From: an uncultured delta proteobacterium
GTDB lineage: Bacteria > Myxococcota_A > Polyangia > Polyangiales > Polyangiaceae
NCBI GenBank assembly: GCA_963716725.1
Contig: CAVQUB010000002.1
Span: 256,001-320,000, forward strand
Direction of reading: 5' to 3'
DNA: 64,000 nt
The position numbers and the translations under genes are program-made. The notes below the pieces were generated by a model. The model ran no database searches. It had not been told where the DNA came from and saw only the letters and a list, made by a program, of their open reading frames with translations. This document shows positions 48,946-57,863 of the stretch, in pieces. The first letter of the stretch is position 1. Each line of letters opens with the position of its first letter.

Positions 48946-49518
48946 CTAGCGCTGAGCGCGTACGCGGGTGAGCAAAGCGCGAAGGGCCAGCAGGTACGAG
49001 TCCACGCCGAAGCCCGCGACCCGGCCGACGCAGGCAGGCGCGACCCGTGAGCGCCTGCGGAACTCCTCGCGGGCATCAGGGTTGGTCAGATGAACCTCGA
49101 CCGCTGGCACCCCCGCGCCCTTGAGCGAGTCGTACAGCGCGTACGAGGTGTGCGTGAGTGCTCCGGGGTTGATCAGAATCCCAGCCGAGCCGTCGTCTTG
49201 CGCCGCGTTGATCCAATCGATCAGCTGGCCTTCGTGGTTGCTCTGCCGACATACGGCCTCGGCGCCGAGCTCCCGCGCTAGGGCGGTGATCCGCGCGTGG
49301 AGCTCCTCGAGGGTGACGGCTCCGTAGATCTCGGGCTCGCGGCGGCCGAGACGATCCAGGTTGGGGCCGCTCAGCACCAGGATACGGTCGAGCCCCGCCC
49401 CCCGCGCCTTGCGGTGGCGCGGCGGAACCCGCGGCGCCGGCGAGCGTCGGGCCTTGACGGCGGGAGCACCGCGCCGACCTTTGGGGTTGCCCGCAGTGGT
49501 TCGCGAGCGCGCCGTCAT
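48946..49518 (-). CDS. aroQ: Type II 3-dehydroquinate dehydratase (basic N-terminal extension, start uncertain)
   Basis: GPNLDRLGRREPEIYG, QSNHEG, INPGALTHTS, EVHLTN..REEFR. Confidence 0.93.
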   Translation of the reverse strand: MTARSRTTAGNPKGRRGAPAVKARRSPAPRVPPRHRKARGAGLDRILVLSGPNLDRLGRREPEIYGAVTLEELHARITALARELGAEAVCRQSNHEGQLIDWINAAQDDGSAGILINPGALTHTSYALYDSLKGAGVPAVEVHLTNPDAREEFRRRSRVAPACVGRVAGFGVDSYLLALRALLTRVRAQR

Positions 49519-49522
49519 CGTT

Positions 49523-49882
49523 TCAGCCGAGCTCTTCGGCCAGCTTGGGAGCGGCCAGCCGGAGCAAGAAGCGACCCTTGCCCAGGTTGCCCTCGGGCGT
49601 CATCGTGATCGCCACGAAGTAATTCTCGTTGAGCACGCGGATCAGCGTCACCATTTTCGCGCTCTTGAACGCGACCTCGCGGGTGTCCCCCGCTTCGAGC
49701 ATCTCGGACGCGCGCTGGATCGCCTTGACGACCACGCTCACTTCGGCCCCGACGGTCTCGATGTCGAAGGGCGAGTCACCCTTCGAGTAGCTCTCGAGCG
49801 GAATGCCCTCGAAGTCCATGAGTAGGCCGGCCGTGCCGCCCTCCACCCCGTCGACCATGCCTTGAAGGGCCTCCTTGAACAT
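49523..49882 (-). CDS. mglC: Roadblock/LC7 protein, MglC-like polarity regulator
   Basis: MDFEGIP..YFVAITMTPEGNLGKGRFLLRLAAPKL resembles Myxococcus MglC (FDGI, GNFGKGRYVLR, recalled from memory); lies upstream of aroQ-accBC. Confidence 0.8.
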   Translation of the reverse strand: MFKEALQGMVDGVEGGTAGLLMDFEGIPLESYSKGDSPFDIETVGAEVSVVVKAIQRASEMLEAGDTREVAFKSAKMVTLIRVLNENYFVAITMTPEGNLGKGRFLLRLAAPKLAEELG

Positions 49883-50110
49883 GGGCAAATCGTACTTTCT
49901 TTGGCTGTCCTCGGTGAATGTTTCTGCGGTCCCGACCGGGACCGGCCCCGCGGAAACCCACGATGAACCGCCCCCAGGGCCCCGGGATTCAGCCGGCGGG
50001 AGCCCCAAAATCCAGCCGTTTGTCGGGTGCCCAACCGCTTTTTCCATGGGGCTTGCACCCGGACGCCGGCTGGGAGATGTCCTCCAAGGAGTTCTGCCCG
50101 CTGACCGTCC

Positions 50111-50140
50111 TTGACCCCCCCGATGGCGAACGGCTACCTT
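50111..50140 (+). promoter_or_regulatory. Candidate sigma70 promoter for the aconitase-like gene
   Basis: TTGACC-N18-TACCTT, 70 nt upstream of ATG 50211. Confidence 0.35.
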
Positions 50141-50210
50141 CCCGTCGCTCTCGAGGCGCGTGGCCCCGGGACGTCGAATTTGCTCGCTCGAAGTAGGTAG
50201 TCGAAAGCCC

Positions 50211-52013
50211 ATGCGTGCGCGGGCGGGGGATCCGCCCCGCACAATGACTCAGAAGGTCCTCGCCGGACGAGCCGACGATCCGGAGCTCAAGGGCGACTTG
50301 GTGCGGGTCAAGGTCGACCAGGTCATCCTGGCGCGGGAGCCGCAACGCGTCCTCGGGGAGGCGTTGCAGGCCGGCATGAAGAAATGCGCGGTCGAGGTCG
50401 CCGTGGCCTACGACACACGCTGCGTGACGACCGATGGCGCCGAGACGCCGGGCGACCGCACGATGCGGGCTGCGCTCGCAACGGGCCTTCTGCTCTGCCG
50501 ACCCGGCATCGGCTTTCCGGCTCCGGTCCACCTGGAGCGTTTCGGCAGTCCAGCGCGACTGGCGCTCACCGACGAGCCCCGCCTCGCGTCCGTCGGTGGG
50601 GCAGGCATGCTCACCTTGGTCGCCGCGCCGTCGCAATTGGCCGAAGTACTGGCCACTGGCGCGCTCTGGCTCAGGCCACCGCGCAGCGTTCAGGTCCTGC
50701 TGTCGGGCCGAATCCGTCCCTTCGTCTGCGTTCGCGACGTCGCCCTCGAGCTCGTGCGCCGCGGACTGGGAGAAATCATCCAGCGAGTCGATCGCGAACA
50801 CCGCGCACCCGTCGTCGTGGAGTTTGCCGGACCGAGCGCACGCCTCTTGTCGGTGCCCGATCGCGCGGTGCTCGCCGCGCTCGGTCCCCACGTCGGCGCC
50901 GCCGCGGCAGTCTTCGTCAGCGACGAAAAGACCGAGGTCTACCTCCGCGATCAACGTCGCTCCAAGGCTCACCGCAGCCTCACGCCTGATCCGGGCGCCC
51001 CCTGCGACGACGTGATCAGCGTGGATCTCTCCGCCGTGGACCCCTTGGTCATGGATGAACAAGGCGTGGTCCGCCCGGTGCGCGAGCTGGCGGGCAAGCC
51101 GGTGGTGCAGGTCGTGCTGGGCGGCGACTCGGGCGCGTCGCTCCGCGATCTCTTGGCAGCAGCCGCGCTGCTCAAGAGCAAGCGCGTGCCACCCCGCCTC
51201 GATCTCTTGATCGCGCCTCCGTCGCGTCAGGCCCTCGAGGTGCTCGCTCACTCGGGCGCGCTCGTAGATCTCATCGCCACGGGCGCACGGCTGATCGAGC
51301 CGGATCAGCGCCTGGTGACCGGCGAGCTCTACCCGCCCCCGGCCGGCGGCGTCTCGCTTCGGACTTGTGATCCGGAGCCAAGCGCTCCGCCCGAGCGTCG
51401 CTTCGTGGTCGCCTCCGCCGAGACCATCGCTTACGCGGTGGCCTCGGGCAGCGTCGGGGATCCTCGGTCCTTCAAGCGTCCAGTCCGCGTCACTGTGCCC
51501 CGCACCCTGCCCACCGACGACGTGCTCATCGTGCGCAAGTCGAAGACCAAGGGCAAGGCCGAGGGCGACAGCGCCAAGGCGACGCTCGCGACCTTCCCCC
51601 AACCCACCGGCTGGAACGCCGCCGCGGCGCTCACCTTGGTCAAGGAGCGCTCAATCCCCACCGAGCCCAGCGCGATGCTGCTGCCAACCCTGGACGCGGT
51701 CCGCTGGGCCGCGCGTCACGCATCCGAGCTTGGCCCTGCCCTGCGCGCGGTCATCGCGGAGCACCTGCCCGCAGGCATCGTGCCCCAGTTCGCCGCGCTC
51801 GGCATCGCAGCCTTGACCACAGACGCCGCGACGCTCAAGAAGCTCGGGCTCGAGCCGAGCATCTCCTTGCCGGCCCCGGCCGACGGCGAGGTGTCCGTCA
51901 GCGCCGGCTCGACCAAGGCCACTCTGCGCTGGGAGGCTGTCGGCGCCGAACGCGCCTGGACCGAGGCCGGCACCGCCCGGGGCTCGACGGCCGTGGCAAA
52001 ACCGGGCCGCTGA
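50211..52013 (+). CDS. Aconitase/LeuC-family protein with a C-terminal swivel-like domain; catalytic and Fe-S residues absent
   Basis: TMTQKVL, VHLERFGSP, VVEFAGP, LSVPDRA, DLSAVDP, ASAETIAYAVASGSVGDPR. DSHT, GSCTN, CxxC and NRNF motifs are replaced. Confidence 0.75.
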   Translation: MRARAGDPPRTMTQKVLAGRADDPELKGDLVRVKVDQVILAREPQRVLGEALQAGMKKCAVEVAVAYDTRCVTTDGAETPGDRTMRAALATGLLLCRPGIGFPAPVHLERFGSPARLALTDEPRLASVGGAGMLTLVAAPSQLAEVLATGALWLRPPRSVQVLLSGRIRPFVCVRDVALELVRRGLGEIIQRVDREHRAPVVVEFAGPSARLLSVPDRAVLAALGPHVGAAAAVFVSDEKTEVYLRDQRRSKAHRSLTPDPGAPCDDVISVDLSAVDPLVMDEQGVVRPVRELAGKPVVQVVLGGDSGASLRDLLAAAALLKSKRVPPRLDLLIAPPSRQALEVLAHSGALVDLIATGARLIEPDQRLVTGELYPPPAGGVSLRTCDPEPSAPPERRFVVASAETIAYAVASGSVGDPRSFKRPVRVTVPRTLPTDDVLIVRKSKTKGKAEGDSAKATLATFPQPTGWNAAAALTLVKERSIPTEPSAMLLPTLDAVRWAARHASELGPALRAVIAEHLPAGIVPQFAALGIAALTTDAATLKKLGLEPSISLPAPADGEVSVSAGSTKATLRWEAVGAERAWTEAGTARGSTAVAKPGR

Positions 52014-52071
52014 CCCGCCAGCGGCCGGAGCCGTCGACTGGAGCCCCGCAGCTCGTCTATGCTCCGCGACC

Positions 52072-52887
52072 ATGCGAAGCGTCCGAACACTCGGGGTGGC
52101 ATGCGGTCTGACCCTCGCAACACCCGCCCTTGCACAGGAAGAAGCGCCGGCCACGCCGGACACGGCAGCGGCTGCGCCAGCGACCGCGGACACGGCGAAG
52201 CCAGCTGCGCCAGAACCCACGAAGGTCGCCAATCCAACCAGCCTCGCCAAAGAGAGGGACGAAGCGGGCAGCAACGAGAAGCCGGCGACCACGGCCTCTC
52301 TCGACGAAGCCGAGGCGAAGGCAAAGAGCGCGAGCGCTTACGGTCATGGCCGGCAGTTCGGGCTGCGCGGCGGGATTGTCGGCGGTTACCGGATGGTGTT
52401 CCGCTACGACAAGTCTCCATTCTGCAACGACTACGACACGACGAAGAGCCTCAAGGACCAGCAGAAATTCTGTGGTCATTCCTCACCGCTCGCCGCCGAG
52501 GTAGCGCTCAGCTTTGCGCCAATCGACGGCATCGAGCCCTTTGTGTTCGGGCGCTTCGGCCTTCAGCCCGAAAAGAAGACCGACACCGACCCCGTCCTCA
52601 TCTTCGGCGCCGGACTCCGTGTCTACACGATGTCGGACTCGGCCTTCAAAGTGTTCATCGAACCGGCGTTGGGCGTCGAGCTCGAAGGTGGACGCGGAAC
52701 CGAGGAGTGGAAGGCGAACGACCCGGACTACAAGAAGGACGTCCTGTTCCACCTCGCGGCCGGCCCTCAGTACGACTTCGCCAAGATGATCGGCGTCTAC
52801 CTCGACGCGGGAATCACCACCGGCATCCTGCGCAGCATCCACTCGAACCTCGAGCTCCAGCTCGGCCTGCAGTTTCGGGCGCCCTGA
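52072..52887 (+). CDS. Putative outer-membrane beta-barrel protein
   Basis: Signal peptide (ALA-QEE), Ala/Pro-rich linker, alternating beta-strand pattern, C-terminal [10 protein letters not shown]. Confidence 0.6.
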   Translation: MRSVRTLGVACGLTLATPALAQEEAPATPDTAAAAPATADTAKPAAPEPTKVANPTSLAKERDEAGSNEKPATTASLDEAEAKAKSASAYGHGRQFGLRGGIVGGYRMVFRYDKSPFCNDYDTTKSLKDQQKFCGHSSPLAAEVALSFAPIDGIEPFVFGRFGLQPEKKTDTDPVLIFGAGLRVYTMSDSAFKVFIEPALGVELEGGRGTEEWKANDPDYKKDVLFHLAAGPQYDFAKMIGVYLDAGITTGILRSIHSNLELQLGLQFRAP

Positions 52888-53378
52888 TGAGCGCCCGCCC
52901 GTTTCGCGTGCTCGGCGTCCAGCAGGTGGCCATCGGCGCGCGGGACAAGAGCGCGCTCCGAAGGCTCTGGATCGACACGCTCGGGCTGCCCCTCGTGGCC
53001 GAAAAGCGCATGGAGCGGGAGAACGTCGACGAGGACATTGCGGCGGCCGGCGTCGGCCCCTTCCGCGTCGAAATCGATCTGATGCAGCCCATCGATCCGG
53101 AGAAAAAACCCGCCGTGCACGAGGTGCCCCTCAATCACCTCGGGCTCTGGATCGACGATCTGCCCAGGGCCGTGGAATGGCTCACTGCGCAAGGCGTCCG
53201 CTTCGCGCCCGGCGGCATCAGACCCGGCGCCGTCGGGCACGACATTTGTTTCATCCACCCCAAGGGCAACGCCGAGTCACCCATCGGCGGCGAGGGCGTG
53301 CTGATCGAGCTGGTGCAGGCCCCGCCCGAAGTGATCGCGGCCTTCGACCTCATCGCGAGCCAGGCTCTCCAGCTCTGA
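52887..53378 (+). CDS. VOC-family protein, probable methylmalonyl-CoA epimerase
   Basis: [46 protein letters not shown]; mutase and MeaB genes nearby. Confidence 0.75.
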   Translation: MSARPFRVLGVQQVAIGARDKSALRRLWIDTLGLPLVAEKRMERENVDEDIAAAGVGPFRVEIDLMQPIDPEKKPAVHEVPLNHLGLWIDDLPRAVEWLTAQGVRFAPGGIRPGAVGHDICFIHPKGNAESPIGGEGVLIELVQAPPEVIAAFDLIASQALQL

Positions 53379-56028
53379 CAAGTCTCTTCGCCAGCAGGTC
53401 GAGAGCGAAGAAGATCGGGCAGCCCATCGCGGCGAGCACGACGAATTTCGGACTCACGGGTCCAGTGCCGATTGCGGCGGACAGCGGCGGGAAATAGAGA
53501 ACAGCCCACGCGAAGACCAGCTCCGCAGCGACGCCCACCACGAAGAATGGGTTCCGGAGCAGTCCGCGGTCGAGACCCGAGCGGCGAGTGTAGCGTCGGC
53601 CCACCAAGTTGCCGACCTGCAGGAAGATCACGCTCACGAGCGTGATCCCGGTGGCGCTGCGATACAGAGCGTCGTCGGCCGGCGGAATCACGCCGAAGCG
53701 CCAGCCTCCGGCCCACAGCACCGTAAAGAACATGCCCATGGACCACAGCGCCTGAATCGCGCCCAGAAACAGGTAGCTTCGGAGCAATAGCGAGCGACTG
53801 AGCAGCCGACCCTGAGCGCCGCGGGGAGGGCGCTTCATCTCCTCCCCGTCCGGTGGCTCTTGTCCGAGGCCGATGGCGGGGATCAGATCGCTGCCGAGAT
53901 CGATGCAGAGGATTTGGATCACCGTGAGCCCGAGCGGGATCGGCAGGGCGACGTAGAGGAGGAAGGGAACGATCTCGGGGACGTTGCTGGCGAGCACGTA
54001 GCTCGTGAACTTCTGCACATTCGCAAACACGGCCCGCCCTTCTTCGATGCCCGCCACGATGCTCGAGAAGTCATCGTCCAGCAGCACGATCTGCGCCGCT
54101 TCCCGCGCCACGTCGGTGCCAGCGATTCCCATCGCGATGCCGACGTCCGCCGCGCGCAGCGCCGGTGCGTCGTTGACCCCGTCTCCCGTCATTGCCACCG
54201 TGAGCCGCATGCGCTTGAGCGCCGCCACGACGGCCAGCTTCTGCTCCGGCGTGGTGCGCGCGAATACCCGGGCTCCCGCTTGCAGAACCTCCACCAACTC
54301 GTCCTCGCGAAAGCGCGCCAGCTCCTCGCCGCTGCACACGGCGCCGCTATCCGATCCGGCATCGACGATGCCAGCTTGCTCGGCGATGGCGTGCGCGGTG
54401 TCTGGGTGGTCACCCGTAATGAGGATCACCCTCACCCCGGCGGCATGACAGCGTGCGACGGCCTCCGGAACTCGCTCCCGCAGGGGGTCCTCGAGACACA
54501 GAAAGCCGAGCAGGGTGAGACGGTCATCCAGCTCGACTTCGCTGGCACCTTCCGCGCGGATCTCGAGCCCGCGCGACGCCACCGCGATGATGCGCAGGCC
54601 GCGGGACGCGAGGTGACGCACGTTGGCGTCGCACCGTTCGAGCGTCGCGCCATCGGCGGGTTGACCACGACTCGCGCTGAAGACCTGGGCCAGGTGCGGG
54701 CGCACCACCTCCCACGCGCCTTTGATCACGAAGTGCTGCTCGCTCCCGAGGCTCACGACACTAGCCGCGCGCCGAAGCGCCACGTCGAAGGGCAAGTGTC
54801 GAACGATGCCCCTCGCGATGGCCTCGGGCGCTCCCCCGGCCCGCACCAGCGCCCGGGCGGCCGCCACGTCCAGCGGATCGCCCGCGAGCTGTCCGGCGTT
54901 GTGGTGGAGTTCCGAAGCGCCCACCGCCGCCTCGAGCACCCGACGAGCAGCGTCGCCGCTGAGGGCTTCACCGCTCAGCGCATCCACCGTCGCGACCACC
55001 GTGAGCTCGTTCTTGGTCAAGGTCCCGGTCTTGTCGGTGCAGATCACGTTCACCGCGCCGAGCGCTTCGACCGCGTTCAGGCTCTTCACCAAGACCTTCT
55101 TCTTGGCCAGCCGGACGCCGCCCATGGCCAACGCCAGCGTCAGCGTGGGCAAGAGACCCTCGGGCACGTTGGCCACGATGATGCCCAGCATGAACACGAT
55201 GTTGGTCCAGAGCGGACGGCCGGCGACGGCGCCGTAGGTGAAGAACACGAGACCCATCGTCAGCGCGATCGCGGTGAGCACCCTCACGGTCCGTGCCACC
55301 TCTGCTTCCAGTGGAGTGGGCGGGCGCCGGACCGCCACGCTCAGCTCCGCGACCTTCCCGAACTCGCTGCGCCTCCCCGTGGCGAAGACGATCGCTTCGG
55401 CGGAGCCCCGGAGCACGACCGAACCTGCGAAGGCGATGTTGGAGGAGTCGACGAGCCTGCCCGCCACCATGGCCTCGGGCGAGAGGCTCACGTTTCGGCT
55501 CTCCCCGGTTAGCGCGGCGTTGTTCACCAACAAGCCGTTGGCCGCCACGACGCGAGCGTCGGCCGGGACCCGGTCGCCCTCACCGAGCAGGATCACGTCG
55601 CCGATGGCGACTTCGGCGATGGGCAAGCGACGCTCGCGCCCGCCCCGGCGAACTCTGATCTCTCGGGGCAAGAGCTGCGCCAAGGCCTGCATCGCGCGCT
55701 CGGCTCTCAGCTCTTGGGCAGCGCTGAAGGCAGCGTTCAGCGCTGCCACGCCGAACAGGGCCCAGCCGAGCACCGCCATGCCCTCTCCCGATTGCATCCG
55801 GTCGGCGACGAAGCAGAGTAGCGCGGACACCGTAAGCAAGAGGCTGAACAGGTTGAGCAGCTGTTTGCCCAGGGACCTGATCAAGCTGAGCCGCGGGGCG
55901 CCGCTCAAAACGTTCGGTCCGAGCTCGGCAACCCGCTCACGGGCCGTGGCGTCATCGATCCCATCGCGCGCGCTTCCAAGCAGCGCGAACACCTCGGCAC
56001 ATTCCAGGTTGTGGATCTGCCTCTTCAT
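53350..56028 (-). CDS. Cation-transporting P-type ATPase, P2C (Na+/K+, H+/K+)-like
   Basis: [62 protein letters not shown]. Confidence 0.9.
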   Translation of the reverse strand: MKRQIHNLECAEVFALLGSARDGIDDATARERVAELGPNVLSGAPRLSLIRSLGKQLLNLFSLLLTVSALLCFVADRMQSGEGMAVLGWALFGVAALNAAFSAAQELRAERAMQALAQLLPREIRVRRGGRERRLPIAEVAIGDVILLGEGDRVPADARVVAANGLLVNNAALTGESRNVSLSPEAMVAGRLVDSSNIAFAGSVVLRGSAEAIVFATGRRSEFGKVAELSVAVRRPPTPLEAEVARTVRVLTAIALTMGLVFFTYGAVAGRPLWTNIVFMLGIIVANVPEGLLPTLTLALAMGGVRLAKKKVLVKSLNAVEALGAVNVICTDKTGTLTKNELTVVATVDALSGEALSGDAARRVLEAAVGASELHHNAGQLAGDPLDVAAARALVRAGGAPEAIARGIVRHLPFDVALRRAASVVSLGSEQHFVIKGAWEVVRPHLAQVFSASRGQPADGATLERCDANVRHLASRGLRIIAVASRGLEIRAEGASEVELDDRLTLLGFLCLEDPLRERVPEAVARCHAAGVRVILITGDHPDTAHAIAEQAGIVDAGSDSGAVCSGEELARFREDELVEVLQAGARVFARTTPEQKLAVVAALKRMRLTVAMTGDGVNDAPALRAADVGIAMGIAGTDVAREAAQIVLLDDDFSSIVAGIEEGRAVFANVQKFTSYVLASNVPEIVPFLLYVALPIPLGLTVIQILCIDLGSDLIPAIGLGQEPPDGEEMKRPPRGAQGRLLSRSLLLRSYLFLGAIQALWSMGMFFTVLWAGGWRFGVIPPADDALYRSATGITLVSVIFLQVGNLVGRRYTRRSGLDRGLLRNPFFVVGVAAELVFAWAVLYFPPLSAAIGTGPVSPKFVVLAAMGCPIFFALDLLAKRLVRAGEPGSR

Positions 56029-56861
56029 CCACGCCCACTCCGCACCACGGCCACGTCGCAGGGCGCGTCGCGAAGCACCTGCTCGATGGGATTGCCGTAG
56101 ACAACTCGCCGGGGAAGCGAGCGTTCGGTCGCACCGAGACAAATCAAGCGGGCACGCTGCCGACCGGCCTGCACCAAAATCTCTCGCGGCACGTCGTCGG
56201 AGACGACGGCGCTCGAGCCCATCGCGAAACTCCGGTCGGCGAGCTCGCCGCGAACCTCCTGCTCGACGGCGCGAACGAACCGTCGGCCCTCAGCGAGCAG
56301 ACGCTCCGCGGCGGAGGCGTCGAGTCCTCGATAGCGGAGCCTGGACACTTCGCGCACGAAGAGTAAGTGCAGGTGGACGAGCCCGGGCCCCAGATGCCGC
56401 AGCAGCGGCAGCGCGCCGGCGGCTCCACGGGCATGTCCCGCGAGCGGCAAGAGCACGCGCTCGGGGTGCCCCAGCGTTCCTGGGTGCACCACTCGCATCG
56501 CCACCACCGCGCAGGGGGCGCGGGCGAAGATCTCCGCCGTGACCGTCTTCGCGAGGTAGGCCAGCTCCCTGGCCCGTTGGCGTGTGCCCGCGACAATCAG
56601 CGCGTCGCTCCGACCTCGCAGTCGCTCCAGGATGAGATCCGCCACCGGACGCCCTTCGCGGGGCACCAGCTCGCATTCGAGGGCAACGCCCGCGAGGCCG
56701 CACTCCGACTCGATCCGTCCCAGGCGAGACTCGACCTGTGGAGGCCCCTCGTGCACGTGCATGAGCCGGAGTCTTCTTTCCGCCGAAGATGCCGCGAAGC
56801 GCACGGCGTAGTGCGCAATCCAGTCACCATTCAGGCTGCCGTCGTAGGCAAAGAGCAGCAC
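56025..56861 (-). CDS. Tandem universal stress protein
   Basis: LFAYDGS..LMHV; second domain VLLPL..LICLGA..GNPIEQVLRDAPCDVAVV; ATGA overlap with the ATPase. Confidence 0.85.
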   Translation of the reverse strand: MLLFAYDGSLNGDWIAHYAVRFAASSAERRLRLMHVHEGPPQVESRLGRIESECGLAGVALECELVPREGRPVADLILERLRGRSDALIVAGTRQRARELAYLAKTVTAEIFARAPCAVVAMRVVHPGTLGHPERVLLPLAGHARGAAGALPLLRHLGPGLVHLHLLFVREVSRLRYRGLDASAAERLLAEGRRFVRAVEQEVRGELADRSFAMGSSAVVSDDVPREILVQAGRQRARLICLGATERSLPRRVVYGNPIEQVLRDAPCDVAVVRSGRG

Positions 56862-56873
56862 GCATCCCTCCCC

Positions 56874-57857
56874 TCAGCTCGACCGAAACACCTCGAGCAG
56901 TCGCCGTGCACCCTCGGTCGGCGTGATGCTACCGCTCTGAACCAGCGCCTCGATGGCCGGACCCGCGCTCTTCACGCCGGGGTCATCCCACAACTCCGCC
57001 GCGAGCGCCTCGCGCACCAAGCCCGAGAGCCAGTGCTTTCGTTGCGCACTTCGGCGCTCCTCGAGGGCGCCGCTCAACTGGAGAAAGCGGCGATGCTCTT
57101 CCAAAAGCGCCCAGACCTCCTCGATGCCGCGCGCCTCGATCGCGCTGACGGTAGTGACCCGCGGCACCCACGGCGAGCCGTCACCGCGCAAGAGTCGGAG
57201 CGCGCTTCGATACTCGGCCGCAGCGCGCTCCCCGCGCTGGCGCTCGGCACCGTCGGCCTTGTTGATGGCGATCACGTCGACGAGCTCCAGAATTCCGCGC
57301 TTGATGCCCTGCAGCTCGTCACCGGCGCCCGCGAGGGCCAGGAGCAAAAACGAGTCGACCATGCTCGCCACCAGATGCTCGCTCTGCCCGACCCCCACCG
57401 TCTCGACCAAGACCACATCGAAACCAGCGGCCTCGCACACGAGCAGGGCTTCGCGCGTGTGGCGCCCGACGCCTCCAAAGGCGCCCGCCGCCGGGCTGGG
57501 GCGAATGAACGCGGCCTCTGCGGCCGAGAGCCGCGACATGCGCGTCTTGTCCCCGAGGATGCTGCCGCCCGACACCGAGCTCGAAGGGTCCACCGCGAGC
57601 ACCGCCACCCGATGCCCTGAGGCGATCAGGAACAAGCCCAGCGCCTCGATGAAGGTGCTCTTGCCCGCGCCTGGGACCCCGCTCACGCCGATTCGGGCGG
57701 CGTTGCCGGTCTGGGGCAGGATGCGTTCGAGGAGCCGCTGGGCGGCGTCGTGGTGATCGCTGCGCCTCGACTCGACGAGCGTGATCGCCTTGCCGATGGC
57801 CCGGCGCTCGCTCGCGAGCACCCCCCGAGCCAGCTCCTCGATCTCGTCGGGGCTCAC
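56874..57857 (-). CDS. meaB: MeaB/ArgK family GTPase (copy 2)
   Basis: GVPGAGKST, VDPSSSVSGGSILGDKTRM, ETVGVGQSE, GDELQGIKRG, NKADG. Confidence 0.93.
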   Translation of the reverse strand: MSPDEIEELARGVLASERRAIGKAITLVESRRSDHHDAAQRLLERILPQTGNAARIGVSGVPGAGKSTFIEALGLFLIASGHRVAVLAVDPSSSVSGGSILGDKTRMSRLSAAEAAFIRPSPAAGAFGGVGRHTREALLVCEAAGFDVVLVETVGVGQSEHLVASMVDSFLLLALAGAGDELQGIKRGILELVDVIAINKADGAERQRGERAAAEYRSALRLLRGDGSPWVPRVTTVSAIEARGIEEVWALLEEHRRFLQLSGALEERRSAQRKHWLSGLVREALAAELWDDPGVKSAGPAIEALVQSGSITPTEGARRLLEVFRSS

Positions 57858-57863
57858 GGCGCC

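Noticed and set aside
49883..50110. ncRNA or REP element in the mglC / aconitase-like intergenic region
   Set aside because: A short hairpin (GGTCCC-gacc-GGGACC) and a CCCCAGGGCCCC shared with the purF leader are too short to be significant at this GC content.
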